Below the pieces are notes generated by a model, which had not been told where the DNA came from, did no database searches, and saw only the letters and a program-made list of their open reading frames with translations. From positions 4,241,715 to 4,300,571 of the forward strand of contig CM119268.1 of assembly GCA_051294375.1 (NCBI GenBank): a stretch of DNA of 58,857 nt. The letters are read 5' to 3'. Positions 1-10,813 of the stretch are shown one piece after another. A program made the position numbers and the translations under genes. This DNA comes from Paraspadella gotoi (Eukaryota; Animalia; Chaetognatha). Each line of letters opens with the position of its first letter. Position 1 is the first letter of the stretch.

Positions 1-170
1 GTTGCGCGCTAAAAAGAAGCGAAGACCCTACTAAAGAATTTCCGACGAAGACCGAGTTGATCGTCGAAGCTGTATTCCCGGTGTCAAGACTGTATCGCGA
101 ATGAGGCAGAGGTAGAGACATTTCTTTGGGAAAACAAAGATGGCACGGGTGTCGATCTTTTGTTTCAAAT
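1..170 (-). CDS. Candidate exon of an unidentified spliced gene, running off the window start
   Basis: Minus strand shows a pyrimidine tract plus acceptor (gttctcttttttctccgtag|) ending at 171. One frame is open to position 1 (FETKDRHPCHLCFPKEMSLPLPHSRYSLDTGNTASTINSVFVGNSLVGSSLLFSAQ). No family recognised; could be a non-coding exon. Confidence 0.3.
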
Positions 171-464
171 CTACGGAGAAAAAAGAGAACAACGTTTGAA
201 GTTAAATAAAGATGTAGCATAATACATTTTCCTTTTAATTGTCTGATCTTTTTTTAATATTTGTTTAACGTTTAAATAAAATATTATAGTGAAATAACGA
301 GCAAAACCAAATAAAAAAAAACAAAAAAACAAAAAACAAAAGATGGCGCGCGCGAGAAATGATTAGACGTGGACGTCGAGTCGAGTTTCGACGTTAATTA
401 AAATCCGAAGCTTCAGACCGGAAACGAATTTTAAAATAAAACGAAAATAAAGTTAGAAAAAAAA

Positions 465-770
465 AACAAGAACGGTAATTCCAAAGTGTTGCGCCGCAAT
501 GACTTTATTATATATGATATGAAATTACATGACTAATTAACTTTCTTTGCCCGTATATTTTTGCTATGCGCTGCATCAAAATTTTGTCTTTTATTCCTCA
601 TAGTTTTAGAATTTCATGTTTTTTTCTGTCTTAACAAATGACCAACCAACTATAAGTAAATTATATACATTTATAACGTAAGTGGGATAGACCGACGGAC
701 AGACATACCGACGGACCGTCCGACAGACCGACCGAAAAGTGACTTATAGCGAGCACTCGCGGAGCAACTA
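465..770 (-). mobile_element. Non-autonomous Helentron-associated (HINE/DINE-1-like) element, family A, copy 1
   Basis: Minus strand reads T-run, agttgctccgcgagtgctcgc hairpin, tataagtcactttt, (GTCG/GTCY)n tract, cccacttacgtt body, gcggcgcaacac 3' sub-terminal repeat, gaattaccgttcttgtt, T-run. Clearly homologous to 3559-4123 and 35620-35909. Confidence 0.7.
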
Positions 771-1180
771 AAAAAGTAAAAAAAAATCAAAACGGGTGAA
801 AATTAANNNNNNNNNNNNNNNNNNNNNNNNNNNNNNNNNNNNNNNNNNNNNNNNNNNNNNNNNNNNNNNNNNNNNNNNNNNNNNNNNNNNNNNNNNNNNN
901 NNNNNNNNNNNNNNNNNNNNNNNNNNNNNNNNNTTTTTCTCCTTTCCAGTCGCCATCGTCCAAATTATAATAAATTCATAGAATTTGAAATTGGATTTCA
1001 GGAAAGAAGAAACAAGAGAAAAAAAATCTTCTTCCGTCCGCCATCTTTTTTTTCTTTCCTTTATATTCTTTTTTTTTCTTTCTTTTTCTCCTCCTTTATA
1101 TTCTTTTTTTTTTTCGTTCCGTTTGAAATGTATTTTTTTTTCGTTTTGGATTTTGATGAAATTATCTCAGCTTCGCGCCT

Positions 1181-1211
<31 letters not shown>
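1181..1211. repeat. (GTC)n microsatellite
   Basis: Direct tandem gtc run. Confidence 0.95.
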
Positions 1212-1212
<1 letters not shown>

Positions 1213-1425
1213 CGTTCGTCCTTCGACGTCAGACAAAGTAATATTTTTTATGCAATTTAGAAAAAGTCAATAAAAATATGAAAGTGATAAGTTTCTTCTT
1301 TAGATTTTTTTTTTGTGATGTCAGTCATATGGCCAGAAGTCTCCAGCATTGCTAGATGTCACTGGTATTGCATAATTGTCCCGCTATTGCTGAATATCAA
1401 CAGCATTGTAGAATGTAGCCGTTTT

Positions 1426-1549
1426 AAAAGAAAAGAAAAGTAAATATAAAAGTAAATAAAAAAGAAGAGAAGAAAAGAAAAGAGAAAAGAAAAAAGAAGA
1501 AAAGACAAGAAAAGAAAAGAAAAGAAAAGAAAAGAAAAGAAAAGAAAAG

Positions 1550-1578
<29 letters not shown>
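1426..1578. repeat. (AAAAG)n microsatellite / purine tract
   Basis: Perfect aaaag run at about 1508-1572 with a degenerate left flank. Confidence 0.95.
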
Positions 1579-1580
<2 letters not shown>

Positions 1581-3558
1581 TAGAGAGGGAGAGAGGGAAA
1601 GAAACATTTCCCGAATCATTATCCAAAACAAACACAAAAANNNNNNNNNNNNNNNNNNNNNNNNNNNNNNNNNNNNNNNNNNNNNNNNNNNNNNNNNNNN
1701 NNNNNNNNNNNNNNNNNNNNNNNNNNNNNNNNNNNNNNNNNNNNNNNNNNNNNNNNNNNNNNNNNNNNNNNNNNNNNNNNNNNNNNNNNNNNNNNNNNNN
1801 NNNNNNNNNNNNNNNNNNNNNNNNNNNNNNNNNNNNNNNNNNNNNNNNNNNNNNNNNNNNNNNNNNNNNNNNNNNNNNNNNNNNNNNNNNNNNNNNNNNN
1901 NNNNNNNNNNNNNNNNNNNNNNNNNNNNNNNNNNNNNNNNNNNNNNNNNNNNNNNNNNNNNNNNNNNNNNNNNNNNNNNNNNNNNNNNNNNNNNNNNNNN
2001 NNNNNNNNNNNNNNNNNNNNNNNNNNNNNNNNNNNNNNNNNNNNNNNNNNNNNNNNNNNNNNNNNNNNNNNNNNNNNNNNNNNNNNNNNNNNNNNNNNNN
2101 NNNNNNNNNNNNNNNNNNNNNNNNNNNNNNNNNNNNNNNNNNNNNNNNNNNNNNNNNNNNNNNNNNNNNNNNNNNNNNNNNNNNNNNNNNNNNNNNNNNN
2201 NNNNNNNNNNNNNNNNNNNNNNNNNNNNNNNNNNNNNNNNNNNNNNNNNNNNNNNNNNNNNNNNNNNNNNNNNNNNNNNNNNNNNNNNNNNNNNNNNNNN
2301 NNTTGGAAAACATTTAAACCGAAGAAAGCTTCAAGGTCTTTTTTTGTCAAACTTTGAGTTCTCAAATTAGAAATTTTGAAATTTAAATTTGGACCCTGTT
2401 TAAATAAATCTTCATTTTTTTCTTAGAAAGGGGGCGGGGGAGTTTAAAACATTTATTAAAACTAATTATGAAATTTATGAAGACGCGAGTTATAAAACAT
2501 TTCTTTGTCATTTGTCATTTCTTTGCTTTTTCTTTAATACTCCTATTTTTCGAGCGCAATTTAGTGTCAAATGTCAAGAAGAATACATTAACGAGGAAGA
2601 CGATGAAGACGATGTCAAAGATGATGACGACGATGATATAGATGATGACGAAGATGATATGGATGATAACAATGGCTAGGATGACCATGACGTTTGCGAT
2701 GACTTAATCAACGACAACGACGACGGCAGCGATAACTATCAGGAAGGCGACGTCGGATAAAAAGAGAGGCTACAACGACAACGACAACGACGACAAGGAT
2801 AAATTTACTCTCTGTTCGGGAAAGAATTTCAATAGACTTGTCAAATAATGATTGGGCGAGCGTGACGATTTAAATTGAACGAATAAATAATTAAATATTG
2901 AAAATAAAATGTTTAATATCCTAGAAAAGAAGGTTTTAATATGATCATGTCAAAAAGACGACGACGAAGAAAAAGAAGATAACGACGACGACGATGATGA
3001 TGATGATGATGTTTACTGAACCGAAACATGACAGGACGACATCGCAATTTTTCACTNNNNNNNNNNGGACTTTCAAAGTATCGGAGAGACAAAATTGTTT
3101 TTTCCTCAGTTGAACATAAAGAGGAAAAAATTTGAAGAAAAAAAAAATTTTAAAAATCCCTTATTTATAAACTTCTTTTATCTTTTAAACTCGATTATTT
3201 ATAACAGAATTACGGCAAAAGACATCTTGCGTCCAAACAAATCAAACACAAAAACTTAAAAGCGACGACGCAGATTTTGTATTTTCAATTTAGTTGTTTC
3301 AGTTGTATTCATTAAATTCAGCGCATGACGGAGATTATATTCAGAGAAAAATGGAAACGCAGATGGCGAGTTGTTGTTGTTGTAGTTATTGTTATTCGTT
3401 GTCTTTTGTGAAGCGGAGATTTTATTTGCGAAGAAAAGGGACGATATAGAACCTATTACGTAAATATCATGTAAGATAAAAATGAATTCGTGAGAGAAGA
3501 ACTAATCAGGTTTCAATATTCGACATATCGTGGGATTTCTCGTCGCTGATGATATTTT

Positions 3559-4123
3559 AGTAGCGTCTCATGTACTTGCGGAGCAACTCTATAAGTCAAT
3601 TTTCGGTCGGTCTGTCGGTAGGTCTGTCGGCTTGTCGGTCGGTATGTCTGTTCATCGGTCAGTCCCACTTACGTTAAAAATAAATATACTTCGCCTATAG
3701 TTACTTGCTCATTTGTTAAGACAGGAAAAAACCTAAAATCTAAGGGACTGCTAGCGCCGCCTTCAGGGAATCCTAAAACTTTAAAGAATAAGACAAGATT
3801 ATGATGCAATGCGTGTCATAAATAAAATAAAAGAAAGTCACTGCGGCNNNNNNNNNNNNNNNNNNNNNNNNNNNNNNNNNNNNNNNNNNNNNNNNNNNNN
3901 NNNNNNNNNNNNNNNNNNNNNNNNNNNNNNNNNNNNNNNNNNNNNNNNNNNNNNNNNNNNNNNNNNNNNNNNNNNNNNNNNNNNNNNNNNNNNNNGACTG
4001 CTAGCGCCGCCTTCAGGGAATCCTAAAACTTTAAAAAATAAGACAAGATTATGATGCAATGCGTGTCATAAATACATGTGAAAAGAAAGTCACTGCGGCG
4101 CAACACATTTGAATTACCGTTCT
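3559..4123 (+). mobile_element. HINE/DINE-1-like element, family A, copy 2 (interrupted by an N gap; 3' part written twice)
   Basis: gcggagcaactctataagtca start, (GTCG/GTCT)n tract 3605-3665, body ggactgctagcgccgccttcaggg, end cactgcggcgcaacacatttgaattaccgttct at 4091-4123. 3746-3847 recurs at 3996-4097 across the gap. Confidence 0.7.
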
Positions 4124-4124
4124 A

Positions 4125-4125
<1 letters not shown>

Positions 4126-4219
<94 letters not shown>

Positions 4220-4220
4220 T
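4126..4220. repeat. (TTTC)n microsatellite directly at the 3' end of the HINE-like copy
   Basis: Perfect tttc run. Confidence 0.95.
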
Positions 4221-4330
4221 CCATTTTCGGATTCCCCTTTTCCGCTACCCGAGAGTCCAATCCAACATCGAGACTTTGATGGCCAAAACATTTCCGTCTC
4301 TAACGCGAGAGCTATAGCGAGACTGGAAAT

Positions 4331-4333
<3 letters not shown>

Positions 4334-4380
<47 letters not shown>
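4334..4380. repeat. (GA)n microsatellite. Other (GA)n/(CT)n runs lie at about 6632-6656, 16140-16192, 17072-17143, 18558-18639 and 33180-33210
   Basis: Perfect dinucleotide runs, many abutting N gaps. Confidence 0.95.
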
Positions 4381-4383
<3 letters not shown>

Positions 4384-5733
4384 AATTTGCAGACTTCCAC
4401 CACTAGAATCACTTTGATCAAAAACAAAAACAGATTAAGCACANNNNNNNNNNNNNNNNNNNNNNNNNNNNNNNNNNNNNNNNNNNNNNNNNNNNNNNNN
4501 NNNNNNNNNNNNNNNNNNNNNNNNNNNNNNNNNNNNNNNNNNNNNNNNNNNNNNNNNNNNNNNNNNNNNNNNNNNNNNNAGAAAAGGACGGACGGACAAA
4601 TGGACTGGCGAAAACAGTTTCTCAGGGTCAAAGTAAAACAAGGGACAAAGGGATAAAAAAGTGCAAAGGACAGAGAGGGACGAGGAAAGAAGAATCGATG
4701 AACCGCAAAAAGTAGAGCGAGAGAGAGAGAGANNNNNNNNNNNNNNNNNNNNNNNNNNNNNNNNNNNNNNNNNNNNNNNNNNNNNNNNNNNNNNNNNNNN
4801 NNNNNNNNNNNNNNNNNNNNNNNNNNNNNNNNNNNNNNNNNNNNNNNNNNNNNNNNNNNNNNNNNNNNNNNNNNNNNNNNNNNNNNNNNNNNNNNNNNNN
4901 NNNNNNNNNNNNNNNNNNNNNNNNNNNGCCAACTATGTCAATCACACCTTGTTCAATGTTCACATGTGTTCCACAGTCCACATAATTTTGGAGCGATGTC
5001 AAAAAACCTCGAAAACAACAACAGACAGCGATAACAGCGACGACGACGCCGACGACCACAATGATGACGACGATAGCGACGACGATGACGACGACGACAA
5101 TGACAACGACAATTTTCGTTGCCACAACGGGGATTCGTAATGGATTCTTTCTAAACTCTTTGTTGTTTTTGTCGAAAAAAAGGAAAAACATAAACTTCTA
5201 TTTTAGAAAAAAAAAATAACCCTTCAATCTCGCTTTCTATCTGTTTTTCTGTCTTTCTTTCTNNNNNNNNNNNNNNNNNNNNNNNNNNNNNNNNNNNNNN
5301 NNNNNNNNNNNNNNNNNNNNNNNNNNNNNNNNNNNNNNNNNNNNNNNNNNNNNNNNNNNNNNNNNNNNNNNNNNNNNNNNNNNNNNNNNNNNNNNNNNNN
5401 NNNNNNNNNNNNNNNNNNNNNNNNNNNGTCTACTTCTTCCCTCCCCTCCTTCAGCTTTTATTTACTCTATAAACAAAGATGAAGAAAAGAAGAAATTGTG
5501 AGGAAACTTTTGGACACATCTTAGACACAATTATGAAGCTTTCCAAATAAACCCAGTTGAGTAAACACTTTTGTGTACTAGTGGAAAATATGTCTAATAT
5601 TTTTTTTTGAAACTAAAGAAAATAATAATGTTGAAATAAAAACGAATGAATATAAATAAATGAAAAAATGTATGGAAGAATGAATAAATAAAAAAAAATA
5701 ATTTATAAATATATGAATGACTTTGTGAAAAAA

Positions 5734-5801
5734 GAATGAATGAATGAATGAATGAATGAATGAATGAATGAATGAATGAATGAATGAATGAAAGAATGAA
5801 T
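5734..5801. repeat. (GAAT)n microsatellite
   Basis: Tandem gaat run. Confidence 0.95.
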
Positions 5802-5904
5802 AAACGAATTGAAGAAGATGTAGAAATGATTATAAATGAATTAATGAAAATTAACGCATGAATTAGGAAATAACTAAGAGACTCGCATGAATCCATAACC
5901 GAAT

Positions 5905-5951
5905 CGCCGCCGCCGCCGCCGCAGTCGCCGCCGCCGCCGCCGCAGCCGCCG
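5905..5951. repeat. (GCC)n microsatellite
   Basis: Interrupted gcc run. Confidence 0.9.
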
Positions 5952-7064
5952 TTATCATCTTCCAGACTTTAGAATGGAAACGGGTTTTCTCTCCAAGGGT
6001 TTCTCTCTCTGCCTTCGTTAATCTTCGTCAACCGACGTCGACGACCGGTTTGGGGAGGGTGGGTTTGGGGCTTTGGTCCGGACGGGGGTAGGACTATGGG
6101 GTGGTTTTGTGAGGGTGGTAAGGGAGTGGGTGGGCGGAGGGGGAATGTGGTTTACATCCTTAAAAAGTTGATCCGCAGGTGAAGTCCTTGGAGAGCAAAT
6201 CTAATTCTTTATACGACAACGACGTCGACGATGTGGATGACGACGACGACGACGATGAAGAGGACGATGACGACGATGACGACGACGANNNNNNNNNNNN
6301 NNNNNNNNNNNNNNNNNNNNNNNNNNNNNNNNNNNNNNNNNNNNNNNNNNNNNNNNNNNNNNNNNNNNNNNNNNNNNNNNNNNNNNNNNNNNNNNNNNNN
6401 NNNNNNNNNNNNNNNNNNNNNNNNNNNNNNNNNNNNNNNNNNNNNNNNNNNNNNNNNNNNNNNNNNNNNNNNNNNNNNNNNNNNNNNNNNNNNNNNNNNN
6501 NNNNNNNNNNNNNNNNNNNNNNNNNNNNNNNNNNNNNNNNNNNNNNNNNNNNNNNNNNNNNNNNNNNNNNNNNNNNNNNNNNNNNNNNNNNNNNNNNNNN
6601 NNNNNNNNNNNNNNNNNNNNNNNNNNNNNNNAGAGAGAGAGAGAGAGAGAGAGAGAAAAGAAAGAAAGAAAAAAGAAAGAAAAACAAACAAAGGAAAAAA
6701 ACTCCGAAAGGCGGAAAAAGAAAAACGGAAATGAATTTCGTTTTACGCGCGTCGTCGTCGTGGTTAAAGTGTGTAGACTTTAATAAATGACATCATATTA
6801 GTCTTTTAAGACTTAAATTAACTTCAGTCTTTCATGACATGCCTCTCATTGACCACTAAAGCGAATACGACGCTGAAGACGAATGACATCAAATCTGAAT
6901 AATAAATCGAACAATAAATAATGGAATCTTAAATATTTGCGTTTTTATTCCTCAACGTTTGTTATAATAATTTACATATTGCCAACTACAGTACATAGAT
7001 TTTAATACTTTTTTGATTTACTAACGCATCTTAAACGCCTTATTTTGTCTGTTTTTTTTGTGCC

Positions 7065-7277
7065 TCATGTCACAAAAGGATATTGCCTACAAGAACGATT
7101 TCGGTAAGACGAGTGAGCTCCAACACTCTCTATATCACTCCCGGCAACATACTCGCAGTTTTCTGCACCCGATTTTACTTTGCGTTTCACTCCCGGCGTC
7201 ATTTCCGGTTCACAAGGTTCATTATTCACTAGGATGACGTCACGAGAGACGATGAAAGATGATTTCGTGATTCCCCC
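7065..7277 (-). CDS. Candidate exon of an unidentified spliced gene
   Basis: A long pyrimidine tract (7300-7650 on minus) precedes tttccag| at 7278. The phase-0 frame is open: GGITKSSFIVSRDVILVNNEPCEPEMTPGVKRKVKSGAENCEYVAGSDIESVGAHSSYRNRSCRQYPFVT*. A possible internal donor gtatgt lies near 7150. No family recognised. Confidence 0.3.
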   Translation of the reverse strand, partial: GGITKSSFIVSRDVILVNNEPCEPEMTPGVKRKVKSGAENCEYVAGSDIESVGAHSSYRNRSCRQYPFVT

Positions 7278-8791
7278 CTGGAAATTGAGGGATTTTAAAG
7301 GAGAAGATTGAGGAAGGGAGCGAGGAGAGGGGGAGAGAGGGAGGGAGAGGGAGGAAAGGAGAAAAGAAAGGGAAAACAAGGAAGGAAAGGAAAAAAGATG
7401 GAGAGGGAGGAAAATTGAGAAAGAAAGGAAAGATAAAGAGGGAGAAAGAGAGTGGAAAGGAAGAAGGATAGAAAGAAAGGTTAAGGAAGGAAAGGAGGAG
7501 GGATAGAGAGGGAAAAAGTGAGGATAGAAAGATAGAGAGGGAGGACAAGGAAGGAAAGGAGAAGGGATAGAAAGGGTAAAAAGGGAGGAGAGAACGGAGC
7601 AAGATGGAAGAAAAGGAAAGAAAAGATCGAAGAATCGAAAGGGAGAAAAGCAAAGTAGAAGCAAAGTGAACAGAGAAGAATAATAAGAGATATTGATGCC
7701 GTCTGAGGATCGAGAAAAAAAAGACAGAAATATTAAAAAGGACAACAAAGACAAACGTCGAAGACTAATATTAAAATTTCTCGTATTACACAGGATTACA
7801 ATCGTAAGATTTCTTTGCATGAAATATTTAAAATTATACAATGAAATTAATTCGAAAATATCCATTATTTCCCCTCAGCGATGAGGTCAAAGGAGAAATT
7901 CGAGGGCAATAAACCAAATTCAAAACAAAACCAAAGTCAGTTAACAAACCGGAATTTGTTTGAAAAGAATAAGGAAACAATGACAAATATTTTAGTAGAT
8001 GACGACAGCGACGACGACAACGACGACAAATAAAACGTCGACGACGGACGTAAAAAAAAAGTCAGAAACGAGGACAACAAAATCCGAAGCCAAAAAGCGA
8101 CGGAGATTGGCTCCTCGATTTGCCAGCGCCACAACCATCTGCCAGAGACCATCATCTTTTCTCATCTGCGTCTCTCATCCCGCGACGTTTCTTGCAGATC
8201 CTGGGGATTGGTATCTCTCTATCTCTCTCTCTCTGACTCTGCTCGCTTCTCTCTCTCTGCTTCTAAGGGTCTGCCTCCTGGCATTGTGGGTTCGAATTTT
8301 TTTTTTTTTTTGTTGGGCGGTTTGTTAGCGTTCGTTTGTTGGTTCGGTTTTTCGTTTTTTTTAGGTTGGCGCGCTTAAAGACGTTGCTTCTCTCTTCGTT
8401 CTCGCGAGTTCTTCTCTCTCTCTTCTCCTCTTCTCTCTCTCTCCCCGCAAGGCGCGAATCGGAATTGAATCACCGAACGACGCCTCGATAAATTTGTATG
8501 GTGACCTGCTGCGTCGTTCCTTTCGCGCGTGCGGTGTGCTTATGCAAACTATTAAGCGTACTCCAATCGCTTGGGAGTCTGCGTCTGCGGTCTCTCGGTC
8601 GTGGTCTTCGTCGTCGTTTCGTGGGTCTCGTCGAGTGGTTGGGTGGTTGTGTGGCGGTGGTGTGTTTGTTGGTGTGGTGTTGGTTGGTTTTGGTTGTTGT
8701 GTCTGGGTGGGTGCGTGTCTTCTCGTCTTCTCGGTCGTTGTTGCCTTCGTCTGTCAGTGTCGGTTTTCGTTCTTCTCTTAGTCTCTCAGCG

Positions 8792-10813
8792 TCTCTCAAC
8801 CTCGTTTTCGCGTTTGTCGCTATATGTGTTCTGTTTTTTGTTCCCAATTGGCATCTTTAGTTTGCCGTCTACGTTCCATTTTTGGACAATTGTGGGCCGG
8901 TTCGGACGGCATTTTGTTGTAGAAAGAAATGCAACTTTTTTCTCTATCAATTACATTTAGGGCTTGAATGAAGTACATCAGAGTGGTGGTTAATATATCA
9001 AGTATTTAACGATATTTGTTATTATAAAACAAATGAGAATTTTTGGTTAGACAATAAAGAAGGTAATGATTGTTTATTTTTCGGGGTTTGTCGTCCAATG
9101 GTAATGAATGCGTTTGTGTACCTTCTTTCGCTGTCATCTCACATTGTTCCGGTTCGCTTGGCAATTTTATTCTCTTCCTGCTTCATTCTTCTGGTCGTCT
9201 CTGTGTCCTCTCTCCTCTCGGTTCTCCTGCTCTGTTCGGTCGTGCTCTTGTTCTTTTCGTCTCTGTGCCGATTTGTGGTTTCTTCCCATCCGTTTTCGTG
9301 CTCAAGGCTGGTGTTTAAGCCGTGAAGTTTGTATGCAATTGTTTATCTTCTCTCGCCTCTTTTTTTTTTTTCTTTCCATCGTGCAGAAAATCCGGACTCT
9401 TTTTTTCTTTCTTTTATCTCCTTTTGCATTTTTTGCTGGTCTTCTATAAGTATATTACTTGCGTTTTTCCTTTTTTATATGCTTTTTTCTTTTTCTTTGT
9501 TATTCATATTATTCTTACCTTTATCTCTTTCTCTTATCTTGTCTCCTTGTTTCTTTTTCACTCTTTTTCTCTCAACCTATCTTTTTCAAATCTTTCATTC
9601 TTTATTCTCCACCACGTCTTTCGCCCATCTTTCTTTTTGCTTAAAGCTCATTCTTTTCTTCTCTTCCCTTTTTATTTTGCAACGCTTGCTCTTTTTCTAT
9701 CTTCTGCTCTCATTTTGGCGTGGTACCTCTCTTGTTTTCGTCATTTGTTCTGTTTTATCTCAGCTTAAACCTTCTTTAATACTCTCTTTCCCTTATTGTT
9801 ATTCACTGGTCTCTTTATCCCTACTTCTCTCTTATTATTTGATCAAGTTCTCTCTTTCCCTCTTCTCTTCTTCTTCTCACCTCATCTTTTCCCTTCTGGG
9901 TGTTTTTATTCCCAATCTTCACTCTTCATTTCCTTTCTTCCTTTTTCTTTTTTCGCCAAATCGTCATGTATTACAAGGACCTATTCATCGTTGGAATTTC
10001 TTTTCGCTGCCGGTTAAGCGGCGTTCTCCCTCATCTGGTCTCTCAGGATATTCTCTTCTCTTGCTTCAACTCTGTTTCTTTCCTCTCTTCTTCTCTTCTT
10101 GCTCTGCTTTCTCTCTCGGCTCTCTGGGTCTTGTTTCTCTCTACTCTCTTCTCGCTCTCTCTTTTGTCTTTGGCGCTCTTCTTCTTACTTATCTTTCTCT
10201 CTCTCTCCGCGTTTTTTCCTCCTTCCTCACTTAACTCGCTGTTACGGTCTTAATCTCTCTCGTCATTCTTTGCTCTCTCTCGGTACTCTATTGTTTCGCG
10301 CGACGCGCGCGTCGTTGCTCAGCGGTAGGGTGGAGTGTTCGGGCGCCTCCCGCTCCTTCTTACTCTCTGTCTATCTCTTCTTTCCCCCTCCCTCCTCCCT
10401 CTCTCTCTTTCTCTTCTTCTTTTTTTTCTATCTCTTCTTCTCACAGAGTTTTGTTGTGCTGTCTGGCCTTTTTCCATATTATTTTTTATGTCTCTCTCGG
10501 ACTGTTCGGATTTTCTGCTTCTCGTTACGCGATGTATAGTTCTGGGCTGCTCACGTTGGTTGTTTCCGTCAGCGAGATTGCGTGTGTGCCGGGATCTCCA
10601 GCATTGTCCGTGTCGTGTCCCTTGTAGCGGTCTGAATATATGAGTGTTTTTCTCTGATTTCTTGAGCGTTACTTGATTTTGGCACCTGTTTGTTGTAGGC
10701 TTATTTCCTTTCTTTGCGTGGTCACAGTACGTAATTCTTTATACTTCGCAGGAGCTAATGGTTTTAGGGTTTTTTAGTGATCCTTATGCAGTCTTTTAAA
10801 AAATTTTGTTTTG
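8792..10813 (+). repeat. ~2 kb direct duplication, copy A (pairs with 13241-15198)
   Basis: Collinear shared anchors: tctctcaacctc, caattacattta, aaaatccg(g)actcttttttt, tctctcaacctatcttttt, cgttctccctcatctggtctctcag, tgagtgttttttctctgatttctt. Copy A carries many extra G/T bases. Confidence 0.85.

Noticed and set aside
2590-2790. Acidic (D/E-rich) protein exon
   Set aside because: Degenerate (GAY)n microsatellite with in-frame stops; such tracts are common throughout the window.
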